From: Macrostomum lignano
Lineage: Eukaryota
DNA length: 64,000 nucleotides
Assembly (NCBI GenBank): GCA_002269645.1
Contig: NIVC01000026.1
Location: 1-64,000 of the forward strand
Direction of reading: 5' to 3'
The notes under the pieces were generated by a model, which worked only from the letters and a program-made list of their open reading frames with translations, searched no databases and had not been told where the DNA came from. The position numbers were made by a program, and so were the translations under genes. Positions 1-10,919 of the stretch are shown here, piece by piece; positions within the stretch are counted from its first letter, which is position 1; each line of letters starts with the position of its first letter.

Positions 1-1013
1 GTACCCGATCTACCAGATTGAGAACAAAGGTTCGTGGCTATCCAATGCAATGTGCAACAAGATGCCTAACGGGTCCCATCCAATCAGCAATGTCATGCTG
101 TTGGACTTCCGACTGTCCTGGTGGACTGCTACAGCAGACGGCTGATTGCTGTGTTGTCCTCGGCGATCGGCGGACTGATGGTTGTGTTCGCGGTGAGCAG
201 CGCGGTTTCGAGATACCGCTGGAAGCTCCGGTATGCGCTGCTAGCGTTCTGCATTCGGCACGGACTCGTGAGAGGGCGGAAGCTGCAGAGCGAATGGACC
301 TACGAGTGAGTTTAAATATTGTGCTAATGTCGGATTTATTGGATTTAGGCTAATGTTGAGCTGGTAGATAGTCTGTTCCAAAAACTTTGGTACGTTATGG
401 AACGGTATGGAACCAATGCTTAATTGGCGAGTAATTTGATTGATACTTTGATGACCGCCGCAGCGCCTGCTTCATCTACGACGAGACGGACAGCTCGGTG
501 TCCGAGTGGGTCGGCGACCTCGTCCTCAAGCTTGAGACGGACCTGCGGCTCCGCCTGTACGAAGCCGAGAGAGACGCGCCCGTCGGGTCCAACATGCTGG
601 ACGAGGCGGCCTCGGCCATCGACAAGAGCCGACACGCCGTGCTGGTGCTGAGCCGGGGCTTCCTGGAGAACAGGCTCAACTTGTACAGCGCACAGTGGAG
701 CAGCGAATCGCTGTTTATGCGCCGCCGCTCTCTGGCCGTTCTCGTCATGAGGGAGAAGCTGAGCGAGTCCGAGCTGCGATTTCCGGAATGCAAGGTGCTG
801 CATCGGCTGTACCGGATGTGCAAGCGGGACCGGATTGTAGACTGCAGCGGCTGTGGAGTCGGAGCAACTCCGCGAACCGGCTGGGACTGCTGCTGTACGA
901 CGGCGCGGCCGTGTCGGGGCGGGCGCAGGAGCGTCGGGCTCAGGAGTCCGAGACGAGTGGCTTCTCTAGCTCGGGTGATTGAAATCGGTTTTGCGTCAGG
1001 ATGGTTGAGATAG
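1..1013 (+). pseudogene. Toll-like receptor copy 1 (3' part): end of LRR/LRRCT-TM exon (1-305), intron 306-463, TIR exon 464-~955; two 1-nt deletions
   Basis: 1-305 is almost identical to the reverse complement of 3339-3643 (copy 2). Donor GA|GTGAGT at 305/306 and acceptor ccgcag|C at 463/464 give EWTY-D-ACFIYDETD, the TIR start. Relative to copies 2/3 one G is missing near 123 (tggtggac vs tggtgggac) and one near 862 (gtcggagc vs gtcgggagc/gtcggcagc). Homology stops near 955. The deletions could be long-read errors. Confidence 0.7.
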
Positions 1014-2006
1014 ACGTCCTGCAAGGTCTTACGGCTCAATTCTTCGACGGAAGTCGCATGACTATATGGCTACTACTCATGAGAATCTTGTTTTAAGGGC
1101 AAAACGCGTTGTCTTCTTTTTTCCTCGGACGAATTCTTTTCTAGTAATAACTTTGAATCTAAACTGAGTCTAAACTAATTCTAAAATTGGTTTTGACCCA
1201 TTCGAAAATTGCAAAACTGGTGGCAGAAATATTTTTTACGAAAAATCGGCTAAGTACCTAACATTGCTCTGGGAAATTAAAAATTTTTCAAATTGTTTCA
1301 ATTTTTGTATTCACTGATTAAATTTGATTTAATAGTTTTTTTAGTTTCGTTAGCTAATTAGACAATCCTATCAATACGTTTTTTTTAATTTCATAATCTT
1401 TTTTCTACGAGATATTTTTTAAAACCAATAAATAATTATCTGCTTTAATTTTTACTCATGCATGTAATTGGAATGTGTGTGGATATATATCCTACCATTT
1501 TAACTGGCCAAATTTTTGTAACAGCTTTAGTTATAAACCTGTGCAAAGAAGCTAATTACAAAAATAGATAAAATTAAATTTTACATTAGATAGCTACTGA
1601 AATGATTTGACCTAAAGATAAATTTCTTTTAAGAGACAACTTTTTATAATTATTAAAATGTACATACGAGTCAAAGCATTCAAAAACGATGTCAGCAGTA
1701 AAAAACTTTGAAATTTCAGCGATAATAGATGAAATACGCTTGTAGTGTAACGCAAAATAGATAGTTTTAAAAAAATTGTACAATTTTCGGTATTTGTACA
1801 ATTTACTTTACTCGTAGCAAAGTAATAGCCATTTTTTATTAGTTTAATAACCAAATGAAGTACGTACGAGCGTATTAGCTAGCTACAAAGTCGCAACAAT
1901 TTAAAGTAGTCAGTTTAAAAATTAAACCTTTTTGTACTACTGTAATGACATTGTACTAGCTCGTAACAATTGGTTCAATTGCTGAGATGTCAACTTTTAC
2001 GGGGGA

Positions 2007-3089
2007 ATAGACTGGGGGCAGCAATTGTCTTGAGCTCTGCCATTCTGGATTAAGTCAAGTGCTCCTAAGCTCAAACTGGCTGCAATAGCTATATTAAATT
2101 GTCACAGTGTACGACTCTGTGCATTGGGTGTAGGCTAACGTGTTGCCGCAGTCGGACTCCCAAACACTACGCAGTTGCTCGTCCAGCCACTGAGGCTTAT
2201 GTCAAAAGTGATAGACCCATTGGGCAGATGTGCAGCCGACAGCTCAGCCGCAGCTATTTGCGCGGCGCATCTGAAAGCTGCTGCGTACGGCTGTTCAGTC
2301 CAAAGACTGGGGGGTCGCCACACACCCTCAATTACCCCAGCTAATGCTGGCACCAAATTTACAGCTGGGTGAACTGAAGCAATGCAGAGTTAAGTGCCGT
2401 GCTCAAGGACACAAATTGTTCCGAGTCTGACCTTATTCAGTATTGAGTCTGACGCTCTAACCATTAGGCTATAACCTTTAGTAGAGATGGTTTGGGATCT
2501 TCCAGAAAGTAAAGGTTAGCTCGCAATTAATTCAAAAATTTTTTTTCAAAACGATTCCATCCAGCTCTAGTCGTCAGACAGAAGCGACTTCGTCCCTGCG
2601 GCCTCGGCACCACGCTCCTGCGACCGTCCCGACACGGCCGCGCCGTCGTACAGCAGCAGTCCCAGCCGGTTCGCGGAGTTGCTGCCGACTCCGCAGCCGC
2701 TGCAGTCTACAATCCGGTCCCGCTTGCACATCCGGTACAGCCGATGCAGCACCTTGCATTCCGGAAATCGCAGCTCGGACTCGCTCAGCTTCTCCCTCAT
2801 GACGAGAACGGCCAGAGAGCGGCGGCGCATGAACAGCGACTCGCTGCTCCACTGTGCGCTGTACAAGTTGAGCCTGTTCTCCAGGAAGCCCCGGCTCAGC
2901 ACCAGCACGGCTTGTCGGCTCTTGTCGATGGCCGAGGCCGCCTCGTCCAGCATGTTGGACCCGACGGGCGCGTCTCTCTCGGCTTCGTACAGGCGGAGCC
3001 GCAGGTCCGTCTCGAGCTTGAGGACAAGGTCGCCGACCCATTCGGACACCGAGCTGTCCGTCTCGTCGTAGATGAAGCAGGCGCTGCGG
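2007..3089. repeat. Inverted segmental duplication partner of 8908-10021 (TIR exon + ~560 nt downstream incl. SINE)
   Basis: Reverse complement matches 8908-10021 nearly base for base apart from scattered SNPs and a 30-nt indel in the TIR tail. The ORF track shows identical spurious ORFs at 2099-2372 and 9656-9929. Confidence 0.95.
2218..2476 (-). mobile_element. SINE family 1 copy (inside the inverted duplication)
   Basis: Reverse complement of 9552-9810. Confidence 0.7.
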
Positions 3090-5569
3090 CGGTCATCAAA
3101 GTATCAATCAAATTACTGGCCAATTAAGCATTGGTTCCATACCGTCCAGGAGCCTAAAAGCTTTACTTCGCACCTACCATGTTTTATCATCCAAGTTCGT
3201 AGAGCTTACCAATTCAGTTGTACCAAAGTTTTTGGAACAGACCATCTACCAGCTCAACATTAGCCTAAATCCAATAAAGTCCATTCTAAAGGGGAATGTT
3301 TTTCCATTGAAAGCTACTTGCACAATATCGAAACTCACTCGTAGGTCCATTCGCTCTGCAGCTTCCGCCCTCTCACGAGTCCGTGCCGAATGCAGAACGC
3401 TAGCAGCGCATACCGGAGCTTCCAGCGGTATCTCGAAACCGCGCTGCTCACCGCGAACACAACCATCAGTCCGCCGATCGCCGAGGACAACACAGCAATC
3501 AGCCGTCTGCTGTAGCAGTCCCACCAGGACAGTCGGAAGTCCAACAGCATGACATTGCTGATTGGATGGGACCCGTTAGGCATCTTGTTGCACATTGCAT
3601 TGGATAGCCACGAACCTTTGTTCTCAATCTGGTAGATCGGGTACTGCTGTCTCATCCAGTCAGTAAACTTCACCAAGTCGCATGAGCAGACGAACTGGTT
3701 ACCTCCGAAGAGCACCCTGAGATCCGGCATTCGATTGAAAGCTGCAGGCCTCAGACTCACGATTGGGTTGGCGGCAAGTTTAAGCACTTTGAGATTCGGT
3801 GTCCTCGTAATGAAAAGGTCTGACGAAAATTCGGAGAAGGAGTTCTTCGCGAGGTTCAAGGTGGTTAGATTGGGCATCCGGACACTCAGAATGTGTTTCA
3901 CTTTATCGATGTCGTTTCCTTCCAAGTCAAGAGTTCTCAGTGAGGTGAGATTCGTCAGCATTGACTTTATGATTCCATCGGTTTGTCTGCCGACTAAACA
4001 CTTTCTCAAGTTGAGGTGTTGAAGATGTCTGAGCGGTGCGAGGAACCCGTTTGCATGGCACAGCGCCTTCGACAGCATGTCGTTTTGCGAGAGGTCCAGG
4101 TTCGTCAGCTTGTCGCATCCACGGAACCAAGTCTTGTCGACAGTGCACCATGCGTTGTTATGCAGGTTGCTTAGCTTTAAGTAGGTCAGATTCTTCTGAT
4201 CCATGAAAGCATCAACAAGTGCAGCAGATATGCTTGCGTAGGACAAATCCAGAGAGCGCAAGTTGGGGAGAATGCCTCGAAGTGAGGTAGCCTTGACGTC
4301 CATGTTGTTGTTCTTCTCCATGATTAGCGTCTCTAGATTGGGCGTTTGTCGAAGAGCTTCTTTGGGAAACTCGTACAGATGGCAGTTGGTAAGGACTAAA
4401 GTTTTCAGTTTGGGTAGACCACTGAAAACATTTGGTGGCAGCAGATTTAACTTTGTGTTGGTTAATGACAGTGTTCTCAGCTGGGAGCAGTTGAGCAGCT
4501 TGTTTGGGTATGACAAGCTAATTGGTGAGTGGCTGATGGATATTTCCCTTATCCAAGGCAAGGACTCGCACAGACGATTGAAGTCGTCATACGGGAATCC
4601 CGGCTTGCTCAGGGAGAACTGGACGGAGAGTTTATTGAAGAGCGCGGGGTCCTTGACTCGGCTTGCAGCTCGCAGCAGCCTCTTCAACAGCTTCTCATTC
4701 AATCGCGAAGAAGAAATCTCGATCGTCTGCAGCTGGAAGTCGGCAAACGGTGACTCACCGACAGACACCAGATGGTAGTTAGTCATGGAAAATGAGGACA
4801 ATGTGAACCCTTCGATTTGAGCTGGGGCATCTAGCTGGAATGAACGATCATCACCGTGCAAGCCCAAATGAAGGCCAGATCGGTTAGCAGTGTTTGTCAA
4901 GCTGATGCTGGAGAAGTTTCCATGAGGGAGATTGCCGTAAATTTCGAACTGAAAGCTTGGAGCAGTTGTATTAAATTGGTATTTGATTGTCTTCAGCATC
5001 GACGGAGAGCTATTAATGGTCACCTTTTTAAGAGACCGAAAGCCAATGAATGAATTCCGACCAAGAGTTGATGCCCGTGATTTTATCGTGACACCTCTAA
5101 AGTACAATTCGGATAAGTTGACGGAGCAGCACATTGTCTCCGACAGTCTACCAAGGTCAGTGACGATGTTCATAAACTGCATCTCCAGGTACCGCAGTTT
5201 CTTCAGGTGTTTTAAAACCTTTGTTTCTTTGAAGACGTAATTAACCGGAGATCCGAAAGTGAGCTCTTTCAGGTGTTGCCAATTCGAGTGCTTGAATAGA
5301 TCCGCTTGGATTTCAATTTCCCTGCCTTTGGATTCTTTTGAGCAGGAAATTTTCAAATGGGTTACGGGACAAACGTTCGGATTGATTGAAGCAGCGATGG
5401 CGTTCATGTCAGCCTGATTGAGACAGTTCTCCATCTTCACGCACATGAGATAGGGATCTTTCCTTTCGATTGTGCAGTCGCATTTTGTTGGGAAGCGGCA
5501 AGACTGCACAGGCGAAGTTCTGCTCGAAGCGGCGCAGCAAACTGAAAGCAACACAATCAGTTGCCACAT
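2567..5569 (-). CDS. Toll-like receptor copy 2 (signal peptide, LRRNT, LRRs, LRRCT, TM, TIR); exons 5569-3339 and 3083-2567, 915 aa
   Basis: 744-aa ORF: signal peptide MWQLIVLLSVCC, LxxLxLxxN repeats, LRRCT GNQFVCSCDL, TM LIAVLSSAIGGLMVVFAV. Phase-2 intron (GTGAGT...CCGCAG) joins it in frame to a TIR domain (YDACFIY, ERDAPVG, AIDKSRQAVLVLSRGFL). Exon lengths total 2748 nt, divisible by 3. Confidence 0.9.
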
Positions 5570-6309
5570 TGTCCGATTGGCCTAGTAAAATTAGTGGCTT
5601 TTTAATTCACGCTTATTTCAAGGCTGTCGGAATAGAAAGTTGGCTTTTTTATAGCCATTACTTTCGCGTTATTAGCAGACACACGGTGGTGCTGTGCAGA
5701 CATGTATATGCATACATTTACGTCTAGTTCAAGGTTAATCGAGGGAGAATGTGTATTTGCGTCTAATTTCTAGCATAATTTTAGGCCCACAGTAGCAGAA
5801 TAAATTGCGCACTTCGCTACTTAACAAGCTATACGCAGCTACCTTTGCATATGGCTGGCACAGATGACTAAAAATAAGCCTTCTAGGCCAATTTAAAAGT
5901 CAGGTTTCAGCTAAGTTGACGATTTTTTATAAATCGTTTCGATTGTTTAATGATTTTCTACAAACTTCTTGCAGCACTTCCTGCCTTATTCGAAATTGGC
6001 ATACGCGGTCACGTGCTGTACCAAATTGCCCACAACAACATGGCAACTTTGATAGAAATCGATATGAAACTTTAAAATGGTAGAAAACATGAACGCTTAG
6101 TTATAAACAATAATCGGTTGCATTTGAACAGTATAGTAGTTGCGCTGCCTACGCATATGTTTAGGTGAAATTAACGCAAAACGCATGACATGAGGTAATA
6201 CTCGTAAACAACTTGTTTCATCGGATCGAGCATCGCTTCGCGCATTTATAAACTGTTTCTGCCCGTAGGCTAACTCTGTGCTACATTGTTGGCTGGACTT
6301 TAGCGACGA

Positions 6310-9300
6310 ATGAATTGGTTAACTTGTCTGCTTTTTAGTTGCTTTCTGCTTCTCGTGGCTTCGGGAGCGGACGCCAACAACGCGGTACCTTGCAGCTTTC
6401 CTGAGAAATGCTCCTGCGAGTTGAGGAATGCCGGCACAAAACTCTGGTGCAAAGGCATGCAGAACTGCTTCAGTCAGGCTGGCATGGACGCACTTGGAGC
6501 TTCAATGAATCCTGTAAGTTGTCCAGTGAAAATGGTAACACTCAGCTGCAATAGGGAATCCGTTTGGCCGATAGTTGAGATCACATCGGAGCTGTTTCGG
6601 CACGAGCAATGGCGGAGACTGGAAGAGTTGTACATCGGCACGTCGTGCAAATTTGTGTTTAGAGAGAAACGGGTCTTGTCGAATTTACCAAACCTAAAGT
6701 CGTTTTCGCTGCGGAACAACGACTTATCTGCGAATCTCGGCGAGTTCTCCGAAATATTCTGCTGCCCGAAGGGACTGTCTGAGATTTTAATTGACAGCCT
6801 AGGAGCAGAACAAATGGGTACACGATTCGGACAGAGATCGTTTCTAAAGTTGAATGCGTTAAAAAAGTTCACCGTGATCCGATCGCCAAAGCTCTTCGAT
6901 CGATTAGAATTTGTGCTCAACACCAGCTCGCCGGCGTTCTCGTTCCACTGGCACGGCAAGTTGCCGCACTCCAATAAGGAATTTTCTAATCTGCTCTTTA
7001 CGAATCTGGCTAGCAGGAGCAGTCTCGAACTGCTGATTTCGGATGGCGCCACCCAGTTGGAGTTGGACTCGCCTGCTCAGCTCAGTGGCTTCGATTTCAC
7101 CAGGCTGGACATCCAGAACACTCGGCTGTCGCGCATCGGAGACGCGCCATTCCGAAACTTCACACTTAAAGACATTTCCATAACTGCCGCTGGACTAAAT
7201 GAAATCATGCTGCCCCAGCTGCTGCGCGCAATCGCCAAAGTCAAGAATCCGCTAGCGGTGAGAACTCTGGCTCTGGAGTTTAACTATAAAAAGCGCGGAT
7301 TTCCGTACGATGAGTTCAACGCACTGTGCAAGGCTCTGCCACTGTTGCGTCGATTGTCATTAAGTCACTCGTCGGTGAGCTTTGGTCAGTCTGAGCAGTA
7401 CTTCGACTGTCCTCAGCTGTTCCTGCTGTCAATTACGAACTGCAACCTGCAGGACGAGGACATTCCACCGCGAGCATTCGACAAATTGACTCGACTAGAA
7501 AACATACGGTTAATTAATAATCAATTGAGTAGGGTGCCTAAGGACCTGCTCCGTAATTTGAGTCAAATCACCTACCTTGACCTCAGTCACAATAGACAAC
7601 TGAAATTGAAAGCATCTTCGTTTCGGGGCATTTTGCCCAGCCTGCAGACCCTGCGCCTGACGCAGACAGGCTACACGGAGCCACTCACTGATGCATTTGT
7701 TGATCAGTCAAATCTTACCGAGCTGCACCTGAATAAACTGGTGGAACTGAGATCCACACGCTGTCCGTTTAGAAAGACTTGGTTTAAAAACTGTTCTAAA
7801 CTGAAAACACTTAACCTAGCTGGTGATCACTTTCTGAATTACGGAGAGTGCCATGGCGGTGACTTCTTTGATCCGTTGACTAGCTTGGAAAGTCTCTCCA
7901 TAAGCTCCTGCGACTTTGGCCATCAGTCGGATGGAACTATCAAGGCTCTGCTGTCGAAACTCTCAACACTAAAAACATTAATGGCTTCCGGCAACCAGCT
8001 GGCAAGACTTGAATTCTTTTTGAACAGAAAGTTTGAAAATTTAAACCTTCTAGACGTCTCTTGGAATTCCTTCTCAAGCATTCCCGTGGACCTGATTGCC
8101 ACAACAACCCCCGCACTGCGCAACCTGGAACTAATGGAGGTCCCTCTAGCCAACATAGATCCAAAAACATTCGACAAACTGCCGAAGCTTCGCCTCAGGC
8201 TCGGTCGCAATCAATTCAGGTGCGCGTGCAACCTGCTGCCATTCGCCGATTGGCTCAGAGAGCAGTGGCCCGTCTATCAGCTGGAAAGCAAAGGCGATTG
8301 GCTGCTCAACGCCATCTGCTACACAGCCTCGAACTCTACCAAGCGAGTGATCGACTTCCGCCTGTCCTGGTGGGACTGCTACAGCCGACGCCTGATTTTT
8401 ATTCTATCCGCATCGATTGGTGGCCTGCTGATTCTGTTTATCCTAACCGCTCTGCTGTTGCGCTACCGGTGGAAGCTGCGCTACACAATACTTGCCTTCG
8501 GCATTCGTAACGGAATTGTGAACAGGAAGCAGCAGAACGAATGGACTTATGAGTAAGTTTTGGAGCTCAATAAATATCAATAATTGAACGATGGGCTGTT
8601 GGCGCACCCTGTGCCTCACACTACCACCGCTGAAGCGATTCTACCCATTCCACTGACTCCCTGAGCACATACAATCGCACAATACTGTACGCAGGCACAG
8701 CACTCATGCACACGCTCACACAGGGTGTACAGCGGCGCTGACTTTCTAATCGGTCAGGCATGCACAGTCTCTGTGCCTTGGGGCTTGGCCCTCGTGGCTT
8801 TGTAAACTTGAAATCTCAATTTGCTACTGAACATTTCTAAGCCATTGTTCCTGAATGAAGCCAGCCCTGAGCTCTGATCCCACACCTGACTGATTCCACT
8901 CCCACCTCCGCAGCGCCTGCTTCATCTACGACGAGACGGACAGCTCGGTGTCCGAGTGGGCCGGCGACCTCGTCCTCAAGCTTGAGACGGACCTGCGGCT
9001 CCGCCTGTACGAAGCCGAGAGAGACGCGCCCGTCGGGTCCAACATGCTGGACGAGGCGGCCTCCGCCATCGACAAGAGCCGACACGCCGTGCTGGTGCTG
9101 AGCCGGGGCTTCCTGGAGAACAGGCTCAACTTGTACAGCGCACAGTGGAGCAGCGAATCGCTGTTTATGCGCCGCCGCTCTCTGGCCGTTCTCGTCATGA
9201 GGGAGAAGCTGAGCGAGTCCGAGCTGCGATTTCCGGAATGCAAGGTGCTGCATCGGCTGTACCGGATGTGCAAGCGGGACCGGATTGTAGACTGCAGCGG

Positions 9301-9460
9301 CTGCGGAGTCGGGAGCAACTCCGCGAACCGGCTGGGACTGCTGCTGTACGACGGCGCGGACGTGTCGGGACGGTCGCAGGAGCGTCGGGCTCAGGAGTCC
9401 GAGACCGAGTCTGATGGTGCCGAGGCCGCAGGGACGAAGTCGCTTCTGTCTGACGACTAG
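6310..9460 (+). CDS. Toll-like receptor copy 3; exons 6310-8552 and 8914-9460, 929 aa
   Basis: 748-aa ORF with signal peptide, LRRs, LRRCT (RNQFRCACNL) and TM. Donor GA|GTAAGT at 8552/8553, acceptor ccgcag|C at 8913/8914, in-frame TIR exon. Exon lengths total 2790 nt. Confidence 0.9.
8600..8800 (-). mobile_element. SINE family 2 fragment inside the TLR copy 3 intron (another fragment ~27135-27220)
   Basis: Reverse complement aligns with 37010-37212 (ccccaaggcacag...catgcct...cctgtgtgag...gctcaggggagtc...gaatggg...agggtgc). Confidence 0.65.
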
Positions 9461-9551
9461 AGCTGGATGAGATCGTTTTGAAAAAAAAATTTTTGAATTA
9501 ATTGCGAGCTAACCTTTACTTTCTGGAAGATCCCAAACCATCTCTACTAAA

Positions 9552-9810
9552 GGTTATAGCCTAATGGTTAGAGCGTCAGACTCAATACTGAATAAGGTCA
9601 GACTCGGAACCATTTGTGTCCTTGAGCACGGCACTTAACTCTGCATTGCTTCAGTTCACCCAGCTGTAAATTTGGTGCCAGCATTAGCTGGGGTAATTGA
9701 GGGTGTGTGGCGACCCCCCAGTCTTTGGACTGAACAGCCGTACGCAGCAGCTTTCAGATGCGCCGCGCAAATAGCTGCGGCTGAGCTGTCGGCTGCACAT
9801 CTGCCCAATG
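9552..9810 (+). mobile_element. tRNA-derived SINE with CORE-like central domain (family 1)
   Basis: tRNA-like head (ggttatagcctaatggttagagcgtcagactc) followed by gtgtccttgagcacggcacttaactctgcattgcttcagttcacccagctgtaaa, which resembles the CORE-SINE domain. Further copies at 2218-2476 (-) and ~55575-55821 (+). Confidence 0.7.
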
Positions 9811-10919
9811 GGTCTATCACTTTTGACATAAGCCTCAGTGGCTGGACGAGCAACTGCGTAGTGTTTAGGAGTCCGACTGCGGCAACACGTTAGCCTACAC
9901 CCAATGCACAGAGTCGTACACTGTGACAATTTAATATAGCTATTGCAGCCAGTTTGAGCTTAGGAGCACTTGACTTAATCCAGAATGGCAGAGCTCAAGA
10001 CAATTGCTGCCCCCAGTCTATGGCCAAAAACTGTGACAGGTGAACAAAGATCTTTGGAGCATTAACTTTGTCCTCTCGATTCTGCTAAAGGCTTACCATC
10101 TCTCTCTAACCTACAAATCAGTAACAATATATGAGCGCTTGCAAGATGAAACTAGCGACACTAGCTATGAAACGGCCCTGGCCGAGCTGGGTGACTCAAA
10201 ACAAGCCTCGGTGCCCAAATAAAGACCGATGTTCGCTATTCATTTTCTTGAGCCACACTAAATTCACTTTTAATGCATTAAATTTGATCTAATGTAATTG
10301 CATACTCCTACAAGTGACAAAGAAGACAAATAATTGAGTCACACTAACATCAATCGTGTTTTATTCACTAGAGTCCTTTGTCGCATCTGCAGGTACTCAG
10401 TTTAAACAGTTTTAATATTTATTATTTGTTAATTTCGGCTATCAATTACACGAATTCGATCGTCCTTGATCTCACTGGCCAGTCACGTGGCAAGAGGGGT
10501 TCAATAAAATTGCTACAGTACCTCCTGGCTTAGCAGTTTATAGTCAGAGAGGCAAGAGCAGCGGAGAAACCCGGAAATGACAGGAAGACTAAAAATGATT
10601 TTGAATTATTGCGATTTGGAAAAAAACAGGTTTAAACATGGTTATCAGTCAGTAGTGGGGAAAGTTAAGTTAAATCGCTTTGAACTTTTATAATGAGCTT
10701 GATGCGGTTTTATGCTAGCAACTTCCTTTTTGTTAATATTGTTAAAATTGGACGCTTAAAATCGGCCTTCAAATAATTTCTTTCCAAGAGACATCCATAT
10801 AATCTAACTTTGCCAATAGTGTTCTAATGATTGCATAGCTTTTGGTTCAATAGACCCCACCCCTGTCAAGGTAGTTCGAAACCTCAACCCCAGAGTCGCT
10901 CTGATTGGCTGGTGAGCAA

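Noticed and set aside
420-9318. Antisense and alternative-frame ORFs over the TLR exons (and over hnRNP and DDT-BCL9 exons)
   Set aside because: Shadow ORFs of GC-rich coding sequence; their repetition only reflects the duplicated TIR exon.
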